NCBI GenBank assembly: GCA_030604855.1
Contig: JAUVVC010000003.1
Coordinates: 150,001-182,000, forward strand
Reading direction: 5' to 3'
DNA: 32,000 bases
Source of the DNA: Erysipelotrichaceae bacterium
Lineage (GTDB): Bacteria; Bacillota_I; Bacilli_A; Erysipelotrichales; Erysipelotrichaceae
Below the pieces are notes generated by a model. It worked only from the letters and a program-made list of their open reading frames with translations, was not told the DNA's origin and made no database searches. The translations under genes and the position numbers were made by a program. Below are positions 8,665 to 15,999 of this stretch, piece after piece; the first letter of the stretch is position 1; each line of letters starts with the position of its first letter.

Positions 8665-8693
8665 TTGGCATAGAGTAACTTGAAGATTAAAAT
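8665..8693 (+). promoter_or_regulatory. Candidate sigma-A promoter inside the ORF-free region
   Basis: TTGGCA (8665-8670), a 17-nt spacer, then TAAAAT (8688-8693). The predicted start is near 8700. Confidence 0.4.
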
Positions 8694-8699
8694 TATTGC

Positions 8700-8798
8700 A
8701 GATGAACTTCTTCTTGAGGACGGAACTGGCAGCCGTCACGCCCCTGTTGCTTAAAAGAGATATTGGACATAGCCAACAGTCAAGAAGTTGTTTTTTTT
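8700..8798 (+). ncRNA. Candidate ~100-nt structured small RNA (three-way junction ending in a T8 tract)
   Basis: P1 is AACTTCTT (8705-8712) paired with AAGAAGTT (8782-8789). P2 is GACGG (8719-8723) paired with CCGTC (8733-8737). P3 is CTGTTG (8744-8749) paired with CAACAG (8774-8779). P1 is followed by G and T8 (8791-8798). The unit is a GC-rich island in AT-rich surroundings and has the promoter listed above. Folded by eye only. Confidence 0.3.
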
Positions 8799-8956
8799 AA
8801 GATTTCGTAAATATGATGTCTCAAATTCAGCGAGTGCTGAATAATCATTCGTTAATAGACAGAATGAAACGATATTTTAGGATACGCATAACCTGGGTAT
8901 CTTTCTTGAAACGATCAAGCAATTTATGATCACTAAATATGCGATCATTGAATCAA

Positions 8957-8965
8957 TGTTATAAT
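8957..8965 (+). promoter_or_regulatory. Extended -10 promoter element for the HAD phosphatase gene
   Basis: TGTTATAAT (TGnTATAAT) lies 17 nt upstream of ATG 8982, with GAGAGG as the RBS. No good -35 element is present. Confidence 0.45.
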
Positions 8966-8981
8966 GCATGAGAGGTAATTT

Positions 8982-9815
8982 ATGATTGTAAAAGCGATAA
9001 TTTTGGATATTGATGGGACACTCCTAAATCACGCGAAAGTGATAACAGAACGCACTAAGAACGCATTGATGAATGCACAAGCTAAAGGCATCAAAATCGT
9101 TCTGGCATCAGGTCGACCGACGCGTGGAATGATGAAGTTGGTTCATGAACTTGAAATGGATAAACACCATGGTTTGGTGGTTTCGTACAATGGCGCCAGT
9201 GTCGTGGATTGTGAAACCAATGAAATCATTTACAACCAAGCGATGAGCATCGAAGAAGCGATAGCGGTGTTGAGACACATGAAGAAATTTAATGTCATGC
9301 CCATGTTTGGCGTTGGGGATACGATGATGGTCGATAATGTCTATGGGAATGAGATCTCATGGAATGGTCGGACCTGGAATGCGGTGGAATATGAAGCGCG
9401 TGGCAATGATTATCGTCTCTGTGAACCTGAGCATTTATGGGATGCGGTTGAAGCGCCTGTGAATAAGATCTTGGTTGCTGGGGATCCCCAGTATCTCTTG
9501 GATCATCACAAGGCCATGGCAGAACCTTTTGTTGGTAAATTGAATTCCATGTTTACAGCGGCTTTCTATTATGAGTTCACAGCCAATGGCATCGATAAGG
9601 CCAATGCTTTGCATGAAAGTTTGGTTAAGATGGGGATTGAAGCCCATGAAACGATTGCGTTTGGGGATGGACACAACGATCTCTCCATCATCAAGTTCGC
9701 AGGTCTGGGTGTTGCGATGGCCAATGCGGTGGAAGACTTGAAACAGGCTGCGGATGAGGTCACCTTATCGAATGATGAAGATGGCATCGCAGTGGTTGTG
9801 GAACGCTATCTATAA
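8982..9815 (+). CDS. Cof-type HAD-IIB family sugar-phosphate phosphatase
   Basis: 277 aa. Motif I is ILDIDGTLL, and the C-terminal motif is ..IAFGDGHNDLSIIKFAGLGVAMANA... Confidence 0.85.
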   Translation: MIVKAIILDIDGTLLNHAKVITERTKNALMNAQAKGIKIVLASGRPTRGMMKLVHELEMDKHHGLVVSYNGASVVDCETNEIIYNQAMSIEEAIAVLRHMKKFNVMPMFGVGDTMMVDNVYGNEISWNGRTWNAVEYEARGNDYRLCEPEHLWDAVEAPVNKILVAGDPQYLLDHHKAMAEPFVGKLNSMFTAAFYYEFTANGIDKANALHESLVKMGIEAHETIAFGDGHNDLSIIKFAGLGVAMANAVEDLKQAADEVTLSNDEDGIAVVVERYL

Positions 9816-9834
9816 CGGACCTCGTCCGTTTTTA
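9814..9834 (+). terminator. Rho-independent terminator
   Basis: AACGGAC-CTC-GTCCGTT followed by TTT, overlapping the stop codon. Confidence 0.7.
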
Positions 9835-9847
9835 ATTGGGTGTTTCA

Positions 9848-9876
9848 TTGAGACTTGAGCCTAAACTTTGTATAAT
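9848..9876 (+). promoter_or_regulatory. Sigma-A promoter for the nucleotidyltransferase / alcohol dehydrogenase pair
   Basis: TTGAGA (9848-9853), a 17-nt spacer, then TATAAT (9871-9876). Confidence 0.55.
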
Positions 9877-9898
9877 GAATGAAGCGAGGAAGATAAAC

Positions 9899-10816
9899 AT
9901 GAATAAAGTAAGTTTAGTAATTTTAGCGGCTGGAATGGGAAGCCGTTATGGGGGTTTGAAGCAGATTGATACCGTTGGAAACAATGGCGAAAGCATCATT
10001 GATTTTACAATTTATGATGCCATCAAAGCGGGTTTCTCAAAGGTCTATCTCATCATCCGTAAGGAACATGAAGCTGCTTTCGAACAGTCTTTAGTTCGTC
10101 ATATCCGCCCTTTTGTGGAAGTGGAGTATGTCTTCCAGGATAAGGATGATCTTCCGGAAGGCTTTGTTTGTCCGGAGGGTCGCGAAAAACCGTGGGGGAC
10201 CACCCATGCACTTTGGGCTTGTCGCAAGCAAGTAAAAGAAGCGTTCATGATTTGTAATGCGGATGATTACTATGGTAAAGATGCGTTCACAAGCATGTTT
10301 GAGTTCTTAAAAGATTCCGTGGATGATCAGAACTATGCAATGGTAGGCTATCGTTTACGCAACACGCTATCGGACTCTGGTACGGTGTCCCGTGGTGTCT
10401 GTGAGATCAAGGATGATCAATTGGATAAAATCGTTGAAATTGCGAAGATCAAACGTGAGGGCAACGACATTGTTTATCTGAATTCACATGATGTTTGGGA
10501 AGCACTTCCTTATGAAAGTTTAGTTTCAATGAATTTCTGGGGCTTCACACCGAATGTGTTTGCCTTGGCTGAAAAGCAATTCATTGCGTTCTTGAAGCGC
10601 GATTTGGAGGGTAACCCAATGAAATGCGAACATGTCATTCCAACAATGATTGGGGAGACCTTACACAATGAATATAAGCTCCATGTCTTGGCCTCTGAGA
10701 ATACATGGTTTGGGGTGACGTATCAAGAAGACAAACCGTTTGTAGTCAAGCAATTTGAAACATTTAAAGAAGAAGGTATTTATCCGTTTAATCTATGGGA
10801 GGTAAAAGATGAATAA
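9899..10816 (+). CDS. Nucleotidyltransferase (sugar/alcohol-phosphate NTP-transferase fold), substrate unknown
   Basis: ORF 9836-10816 trimmed to ATG 9899. The tracked TTG lies inside the upstream terminator, whereas GAGGAAG sits 6 nt before 9899. The N-terminal VILAAGMGSRYGGLKQ is the G-rich NTP-binding loop of this superfamily. Confidence 0.72.
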   Translation: MNKVSLVILAAGMGSRYGGLKQIDTVGNNGESIIDFTIYDAIKAGFSKVYLIIRKEHEAAFEQSLVRHIRPFVEVEYVFQDKDDLPEGFVCPEGREKPWGTTHALWACRKQVKEAFMICNADDYYGKDAFTSMFEFLKDSVDDQNYAMVGYRLRNTLSDSGTVSRGVCEIKDDQLDKIVEIAKIKREGNDIVYLNSHDVWEALPYESLVSMNFWGFTPNVFALAEKQFIAFLKRDLEGNPMKCEHVIPTMIGETLHNEYKLHVLASENTWFGVTYQEDKPFVVKQFETFKEEGIYPFNLWEVKDE

Positions 10817-11987
10817 TTTTACATTTTATAATCCAGCACGTATCGTTTTTGGTAAGGATACCGAGACGCAAGTTGGTGATTTAACAAAAGTTTTTGGTTC
10901 CAAAGTCTTAGTTCACTACGGTGGAAAATCGGCTAAAGCGAGTGGTTTATTGGATCGTGTTTTAAAATCTTTAAAGGATGCGAATATGATCGTATATGAA
11001 TTGGGAGGTGTCAAACCCAATCCTCGGGTCAGCTTGGTTAAAGAAGGCATTGAATTGTGTAAAAAAGAAAAGATCGATGTGATCTTGGCTGTTGGTGGGG
11101 GTAGTGTCATTGATAGTGCCAAGGGAATCGCCTTGGGTGCGTTGACGGAAGAGAATGTTTGGGACTATTACTTGTACGGTAAGACAGTCGAGAAGGTCCT
11201 TCCTTTGGGTGTCGTTTTGACGATCCCTGCGGCAGGCAGTGAATCTTCCACCAGTTCTGTCTTAACCGAGGATGAGAGTTTGATCAAGCGTGGCTTAGGT
11301 TCACCTTTATTCATCCCTAAGTTCGCAATCATCAATCCAGAATTGCACTATACATTACCCGCATTCCAAACAGCCTGCGGCATCGTTGATATGACGGCAC
11401 ATTTGTTGGAGCGTTATTTCACACAGGTGGAGCACAATGATTTGACCGATCGTTTGATTGAAGCCAACATCAAGGCAATCATCAATAATGCGCCTTTGGT
11501 TATGCAGGAACCCAATAACTATGTTGCGCGTGCGGAAATCGCATTCTGTGGTACTTTGGCACACAACGGGTTATTCAGCGTTGGACGTGTAGGGGATTGG
11601 GCAAGTCATTCGATTGAACATGAGTTGTCCGCTAAGTACGATATCGCACACGGAGCAGGCTTAGCCATGATCATTCCTTGGTGGATGCGTCATGTCTATA
11701 CGGAAGGTGTTTATAAGTTTGTTCAGTTTGCGCAACGAGTATTCGATGTGCAAATGGATGCTCGTTATCCAGAAGCGATTGCATTGGAAGGCATTCGTCG
11801 ATTGGAATTGTTCTTCCAATCGTTAGATCTTGAGACGGATACGACATCCTTACCAATCGATGAAGCAGTCATTGATGAGATGACAGATAAGATCTTCGTA
11901 GCACGTACCAGTGATACGCTGGGCTTCTTCAAACCTTTGACGAAGGAAGACATCAAACAGATCTATCGTTTAGCCAATAAGCAGTAA
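10809..11987 (+). CDS. Iron-containing (group III) alcohol dehydrogenase, YqhD/butanol-dehydrogenase-like
   Basis: 392 aa overlapping the upstream gene by 8 nt. Motifs present: ..ILAVGGGSVIDSAKGIA.. and the His-rich metal site ..WASHSIEHELSAKYDIAHGAGLA... Confidence 0.85.
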   Translation: MNNFTFYNPARIVFGKDTETQVGDLTKVFGSKVLVHYGGKSAKASGLLDRVLKSLKDANMIVYELGGVKPNPRVSLVKEGIELCKKEKIDVILAVGGGSVIDSAKGIALGALTEENVWDYYLYGKTVEKVLPLGVVLTIPAAGSESSTSSVLTEDESLIKRGLGSPLFIPKFAIINPELHYTLPAFQTACGIVDMTAHLLERYFTQVEHNDLTDRLIEANIKAIINNAPLVMQEPNNYVARAEIAFCGTLAHNGLFSVGRVGDWASHSIEHELSAKYDIAHGAGLAMIIPWWMRHVYTEGVYKFVQFAQRVFDVQMDARYPEAIALEGIRRLELFFQSLDLETDTTSLPIDEAVIDEMTDKIFVARTSDTLGFFKPLTKEDIKQIYRLANKQ

Positions 11988-11990
11988 GTA

Positions 11991-12019
11991 AAATGCACCT
12001 CGAGCGGGGTGCATTTTTT
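11991..12019. terminator. Bidirectional rho-independent terminator between convergent genes
   Basis: AAAATGCACC-(loop)-GGTGCATTTTTT. The stem has an A-run on one side and a T-run on the other. Confidence 0.75.
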
Positions 12020-12027
12020 GATGTGGA

Positions 12028-12120
12028 TTATTGTCGTTTGATCACAACCATCATCACAACGATGAGGAGGATGAAAGCTAAGGCTGTTAATCCAACAAAG
12101 AACAAGAAGGACATTGTCAT
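12028..12120 (-). CDS. Small hydrophobic membrane peptide, 30 aa; not in the ORF track (<60 aa)
   Basis: Minus strand reads TAAAGGAGAAAATGC-ATG. The SD overlaps the traB-like stop codon, with 7-nt spacing to the ATG. The product is MTMSFLFFVGLTALAFILLIVVMMVVIKRQ*, one TM helix with a basic C-terminus. It ends 8 nt before the bidirectional terminator. Confidence 0.4.
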   Translation of the reverse strand: MTMSFLFFVGLTALAFILLIVVMMVVIKRQ

Positions 12121-12132
12121 GCATTTTCTCCT

Positions 12133-13275
12133 TTATTTGAATAAATTCTGAATCAAGTCAATGGAATACACAATGGAGCCCAAACTTGCAAATAGATTCG
12201 CAAGAATGACAACCAAGAGAATACGGGCGACCCGGTTTCTCCAGAAACCTGAGAGCTTGAGCACATCGGTTTGTAGGTTCATGAAATCATGGACTTGAGG
12301 TTTGCGTACCCAAGCTTCTGTGAGACCTGCGAACCAGCCGGTTGCTAGGAAGGGACTCAAGACTCCAAGAGGAGCCATGACGAAGGCGGTGAGGATGCTT
12401 AAGGGGTGTCCTAGGGCGATCAGTGTGCCCAGTGCGGCTAAGCTGCCGTTGATGAGAATGAAGCGCAGAATGGTTGATAAAGCCATGTCGGGGGCGTTGA
12501 GTATGGTCAAGCCCATCAAGAGAACGAGGAATGCAGGGAAGATCCATGCGGTCCATGTGTTTTTCTTTTTTTCAGGAACTTTGAGTAAATCGTTTATGGA
12601 GTTCTCATTATTGAGGTTTGCGATGATGCCTGGGACATGCGCAGCCCCTACCACTGCCACAATCACAGGTCCTTTGGCGTGGGCGAGCTTATAGGCCATG
12701 ATGCGATCACGTTCAAAGATGAGGGCTTCTGCGATCTGTGGGAATTGTTTACTGACTTCCTGAAGGGCGGACTGTAAGAGATCGCCTTCTTTCAAACGTT
12801 CGATGTCTTCTTCTTTGACATCGTTCTCAAATAAGGATGCCAGAAGTTCCGTAAGCATTTTGATCTTTTCGAACCAACCCAGACCGTGCCAGATTCTAAG
12901 CAGGGTGGTTTGAATGTTTCTGTCGATGAGCAAAAGTTTCTTATCATTCTGATTGGCGTACTGAATCGCCACATTCATTTCTTCGCCAAGCTTTAGATCA
13001 AGTTTGTTTGCGATCTTACGTTGATAAGAGGAAAGAATCATCTGCGCAAAGAGAAAGCCGACCTTTTTCTTCTTAATGATCTCGACGATGTCCATCTTTT
13101 GCCAATCTTGTGTGGCATTCATGGCTTTATAGCGCTCATCATCGAGTTCTATGGCGATGGTGTCGGCTTGGGTGGATTCAAGGGTTTCCCGTACTTCTTG
13201 AACACTTTGTTCAGAGATATGGGCGGTACCGATGAGGATCAGGGTTTTATCCTTGATTTCAAGTATTTGTTTCAT
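12133..13275 (-). CDS. TraB/PrgY-family protein with a C-terminal polytopic membrane domain
   Basis: 380 aa. The N-terminus ..LILIGTAHISEQSVQEVRETLE..DTIAIELD.. is the TraB-family signature. The last ~140 aa are hydrophobic (about 4 TM). Confidence 0.85.
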   Translation of the reverse strand: MKQILEIKDKTLILIGTAHISEQSVQEVRETLESTQADTIAIELDDERYKAMNATQDWQKMDIVEIIKKKKVGFLFAQMILSSYQRKIANKLDLKLGEEMNVAIQYANQNDKKLLLIDRNIQTTLLRIWHGLGWFEKIKMLTELLASLFENDVKEEDIERLKEGDLLQSALQEVSKQFPQIAEALIFERDRIMAYKLAHAKGPVIVAVVGAAHVPGIIANLNNENSINDLLKVPEKKKNTWTAWIFPAFLVLLMGLTILNAPDMALSTILRFILINGSLAALGTLIALGHPLSILTAFVMAPLGVLSPFLATGWFAGLTEAWVRKPQVHDFMNLQTDVLKLSGFWRNRVARILLVVILANLFASLGSIVYSIDLIQNLFK

Positions 13276-13328
13276 TGTTTAGATGTCTTTCTAAGGGGGA
13301 CCCTATGGTATTTGCTATCACATAATTG

Positions 13329-13337
13329 TGTTATAAT
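13329..13337 (+). promoter_or_regulatory. Extended -10 promoter element for the cdaA operon
   Basis: TGTTATAAT lies 22 nt upstream of ATG 13360. GAGGAGG (13347-13353) serves as the RBS. Confidence 0.45.
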
Positions 13338-13359
13338 TATTTCGCTGAGGAGGTCTGAC

Positions 13360-14637
13360 ATGCTTAGTTACACGACCGTACAAACCATCTTCCAAATGCT
13401 TAGAATGTTTTTCGACATTCTCATCCTTTGGATATTACTCTATTATACAATCAAGATTGTGCGAAACAACTCAAGAACCGCACAAATTTTCAAAGGAATC
13501 ATCTTGATTCTAATCATTCGAGCCATCGCGAACTTCTTTGGCTTCAAGGCGGTGGACTGGTTGGCAGGTGTATTGGTCACCTATGGTTTCCTCGCGATCA
13601 TCATCATTTTCCAACCGGAGATTCGTTCTGTCTTGGAACGATTGGGGAAGAGTTCCGTTTTCTCGCGTTTGAACACCTTGTCCAGCAATGAACGTTTGAA
13701 GTTGGTGGATGAGATCGTTACTGCAACGATGAATCTTTCGAATAATCGCATCGGAGCTTTGATCACCCTTGAACAAGGCCATTCTTTGAGTGATTTCATT
13801 AAGACGGGGACACCGATGAATTCATTGGTCACCTCGGATCTACTCCAGACAATTTTCGTGCCCACAACGCCTTTACATGATGGGGCCGTCATCATACAAG
13901 GGGATCGTATCGCCTGTGCTTCAGCGTATTTTCCGCCAACCAATTTGGAAGCACCCAGTCGGTATGGAGCACGTCACCGTGCAGCCATGGGTATCAGTGA
14001 AATCACAGATTCCGTAACCGTTGTGGTGTCTGAGAAATCAGGACGCATCTCCATTGCGGAAGAGGGTAAATTGACGCAGATGACGCAAGTGACTTTGCGT
14101 GCTTACCTTGAAAAAATTGTTTTGCAAGATGAGTTCGATCTCAGTGATGAGAGTCTGAATAAAAAAGTCAGTGTTGAGTCGATTCCTGTTGTGCCTCTCA
14201 AGGAAGAAGTGGTTACAAAAGAAAATATCAAGACGGCGCGCAGTGAATTGAAATCACTGTTGAACACATGGGTTAAGAAAAAAGAGAAACCTGTGAAGCT
14301 AAAACCTGAAGTCAAAGTGGAAGAAGCGAAGGTGGAAGAAGTCAAACGGGCTGTGGTTTTGAATGAAGAGGTTCAAACCAAGCTTGAGCTCGATGAAATC
14401 AAGCTTGAGAAAGCCAAAGCTTTACCTGAAACAAACGTTAAGAAACGTCTTGCGGACCGCTTCAAGAACATAAAATCTGTCAAGAAAGCAGCCGTGGAAG
14501 AGCTTGAAGTCAAGGCAGAAGAACTTGTAAAAGAAGAACCGAAGTTGGATTCGCGTCATATCAGTCTGGAATACAGTGTATCCGATGATCATTTGTTGGA
14601 TGATGAAGAGGATAAGCAAGGAGGTCAAGGCGAATGA
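13360..14637 (+). CDS. cdaA: Diadenylate cyclase CdaA (membrane-anchored DAC domain) with a ~150-170-aa Lys/Glu-rich C-terminal extension
   Basis: ORF 13021-14637 trimmed to ATG 13360, because upstream of that it overlaps the divergent traB-like gene. It has three N-terminal TM helices and the DAC motifs LHDGAVII and GARHRAA. The tail starts near codon 256. Confidence 0.9.
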   Translation: MLSYTTVQTIFQMLRMFFDILILWILLYYTIKIVRNNSRTAQIFKGIILILIIRAIANFFGFKAVDWLAGVLVTYGFLAIIIIFQPEIRSVLERLGKSSVFSRLNTLSSNERLKLVDEIVTATMNLSNNRIGALITLEQGHSLSDFIKTGTPMNSLVTSDLLQTIFVPTTPLHDGAVIIQGDRIACASAYFPPTNLEAPSRYGARHRAAMGISEITDSVTVVVSEKSGRISIAEEGKLTQMTQVTLRAYLEKIVLQDEFDLSDESLNKKVSVESIPVVPLKEEVVTKENIKTARSELKSLLNTWVKKKEKPVKLKPEVKVEEAKVEEVKRAVVLNEEVQTKLELDEIKLEKAKALPETNVKKRLADRFKNIKSVKKAAVEELEVKAEELVKEEPKLDSRHISLEYSVSDDHLLDDEEDKQGGQGE

Positions 14638-15998
14638 GTCAGAAGAAAAAGCCCATTGTGCAAGATCTCGATAAGTTGGAATTGGCTAAGACGATCGCCG
14701 AGCAGAGTAAAAAGGTCATCAAGACCTACAGTTCGATTGAATTCATCTTCATGCGGATCGTTCGTTTCTTCAGCATGTGGATCGACCGCTTGTTGTTTAA
14801 TCCAAAATCCGGGAAGATCGTAAGTTTGATTTTAGCGGTCATCTTGTATGTGGCCATCAACTTCAACATCGGTGAGATCATCTTTGAGACACCGATCACA
14901 TCGGGAGTTACGATTGATAACATTCCTGTGAATGTCTTATCCAACGATGAGGTCTATGAAGTAAGTGGCATTCCCACCAATGTCAAAGCCTATGTGGTTG
15001 GGGATATGTCGGATATTACGTTGATCCGTACGCAAAGAGCGTATTCAGTCGTTGCGGATCTTACTGGCTTGTTGGAAGGAACCCATGAAGTCAAATTGAG
15101 TCCTAAGGACTTCTCGACACGTGTTGAAGTCGCTTTATCACAGTCTTCGGCTGTGGTGACGATCAAGAAAAAGGTATCTCAACACTTCAATTTGGAGTAT
15201 GACTTTATCAATACCGATAAAATGAATCAAGAATATGTACTCTCAGATCCTATTTTCAAAGATCAAGAGATCATCATTCGTGCTTCACAGGACACTTTGG
15301 CACAGATCGGGATTGTCAAGGCTTTGATTGATGCGAGTGGTGTGAACGCGGACTTTGTCCAAACCGCTCCTATCGTAGCTTATGATCAAGATGGGAATAA
15401 GATGAATGTGGACATCATTCCATCCACGGTCCAGGTCAGCATAGGGGTCAGTTCACCGAACAAGACCGTCAACATCATGGTTGTGCCAAATGGAGATATT
15501 CCCAATGGCATGGCGATTGAATCCATCGTACTGGATCAACAGAACGTGACGATCTTCGGACGTGAGACCGTCTTGCAGAACATCGAGAGCATTCAGGTTC
15601 CGATCGATGCGACGACTTTGAGTGCGGATACCTCTTTGGTTGCGGATATTCCACTTCCAACGGGGGTTAAGAAGACAAGTGTGAACCGTGTCAACATGCA
15701 AGTGACCTTGGGAATGGGTGTGAGTTCGAGGGTTGAGGATGTGTTCATCCAGTTTGTGAACAATGTCCAGGGCTATCGATTCACCTTGGTGAATCCAGCG
15801 GACACCATGACGGCCATTGATATTTTTGGTACACAAAGTAATGTGGATACGATTACAGCGGATGACTTCTATGTCTACTTCGATATGTCGAAGTTGGAAG
15901 AGGGTGAACAGGATGTTCAGCTCTTGCTTCGCTCCTATAAACCGCTTGTCAAGGCAAGCTTAGTCAAACAAACGATAAGGATCAATGTGGTGAAATAA
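14634..15998 (+). CDS. cdaR: CdaR (YbbR-domain) regulator of CdaA
   Basis: 454 aa with ATGA overlap with cdaA. It has one N-terminal TM and repeated beta-rich YbbR-like modules, and sits in the conserved position between cdaA and glmM. Confidence 0.8.
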   Translation: MSQKKKPIVQDLDKLELAKTIAEQSKKVIKTYSSIEFIFMRIVRFFSMWIDRLLFNPKSGKIVSLILAVILYVAINFNIGEIIFETPITSGVTIDNIPVNVLSNDEVYEVSGIPTNVKAYVVGDMSDITLIRTQRAYSVVADLTGLLEGTHEVKLSPKDFSTRVEVALSQSSAVVTIKKKVSQHFNLEYDFINTDKMNQEYVLSDPIFKDQEIIIRASQDTLAQIGIVKALIDASGVNADFVQTAPIVAYDQDGNKMNVDIIPSTVQVSIGVSSPNKTVNIMVVPNGDIPNGMAIESIVLDQQNVTIFGRETVLQNIESIQVPIDATTLSADTSLVADIPLPTGVKKTSVNRVNMQVTLGMGVSSRVEDVFIQFVNNVQGYRFTLVNPADTMTAIDIFGTQSNVDTITADDFYVYFDMSKLEEGEQDVQLLLRSYKPLVKASLVKQTIRINVVK

Positions 15999-15999
15999 G

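Noticed and set aside
8732-8740. GCCGTCAC in the ORF-free region resembling the tRNA-Thr acceptor sequence (possible att duplication)
   Set aside because: Only 7-8 nt match, and they match the 5' acceptor strand rather than a duplicated 3' end. This is within chance expectation and is better explained as one arm of the P2 hairpin.
8702-8800. 32-codon ORF (MNFFLRTELAAVTPLLLKRDIGHSQQSRSCFF) inside the sRNA candidate
   Set aside because: It has no RBS, and its unremarkable composition ends in the poly-T tract. The RNA-structure reading explains the sequence better, although a leaderless micropeptide cannot be excluded.
9836-9898. Upstream alternative starts given by the ORF track (TTG 9836, and likewise 71, 3609, TTG 23513, TTG 26328, 27019 and 31435)
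   Set aside because: Each lies in a terminator, a promoter or the preceding gene and lacks an RBS. In every case a downstream ATG with a good SD gives a family-typical N-terminus.
11966-12124. Alternative 53-codon minus-strand frame starting at ATG 12124 (MHDNVLLVLCWINS...)
   Set aside because: It reads straight through the bidirectional terminator into the alcohol dehydrogenase gene, and its SD spacing is too short. The 30-aa frame from ATG 12120 ends before the terminator.
12302-12694. 130-aa plus-strand ORF antisense to the traB-like gene, and the many other 60-125-aa ORFs nested in or antisense to long genes (e.g. 1323-1700, 3897-4250, 5485-5829, 15453-15836, 17149-17475, 20588-20935, 27891-28247, 29265-29609)
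   Set aside because: They are shadow ORFs. They lack RBSs, have odd Arg/Ser/His/Cys-rich composition and are fully contained in strongly supported genes on the other frame or strand.
13021-13359. The 5' extension of the tracked 538-aa ORF (13021-14637) upstream of the cdaA start
   Set aside because: It overlaps the divergently transcribed traB-like gene and the intergenic promoter. A GAGGAGG RBS precedes ATG 13360, and the protein from 13360 starts with the normal CdaA TM helices.
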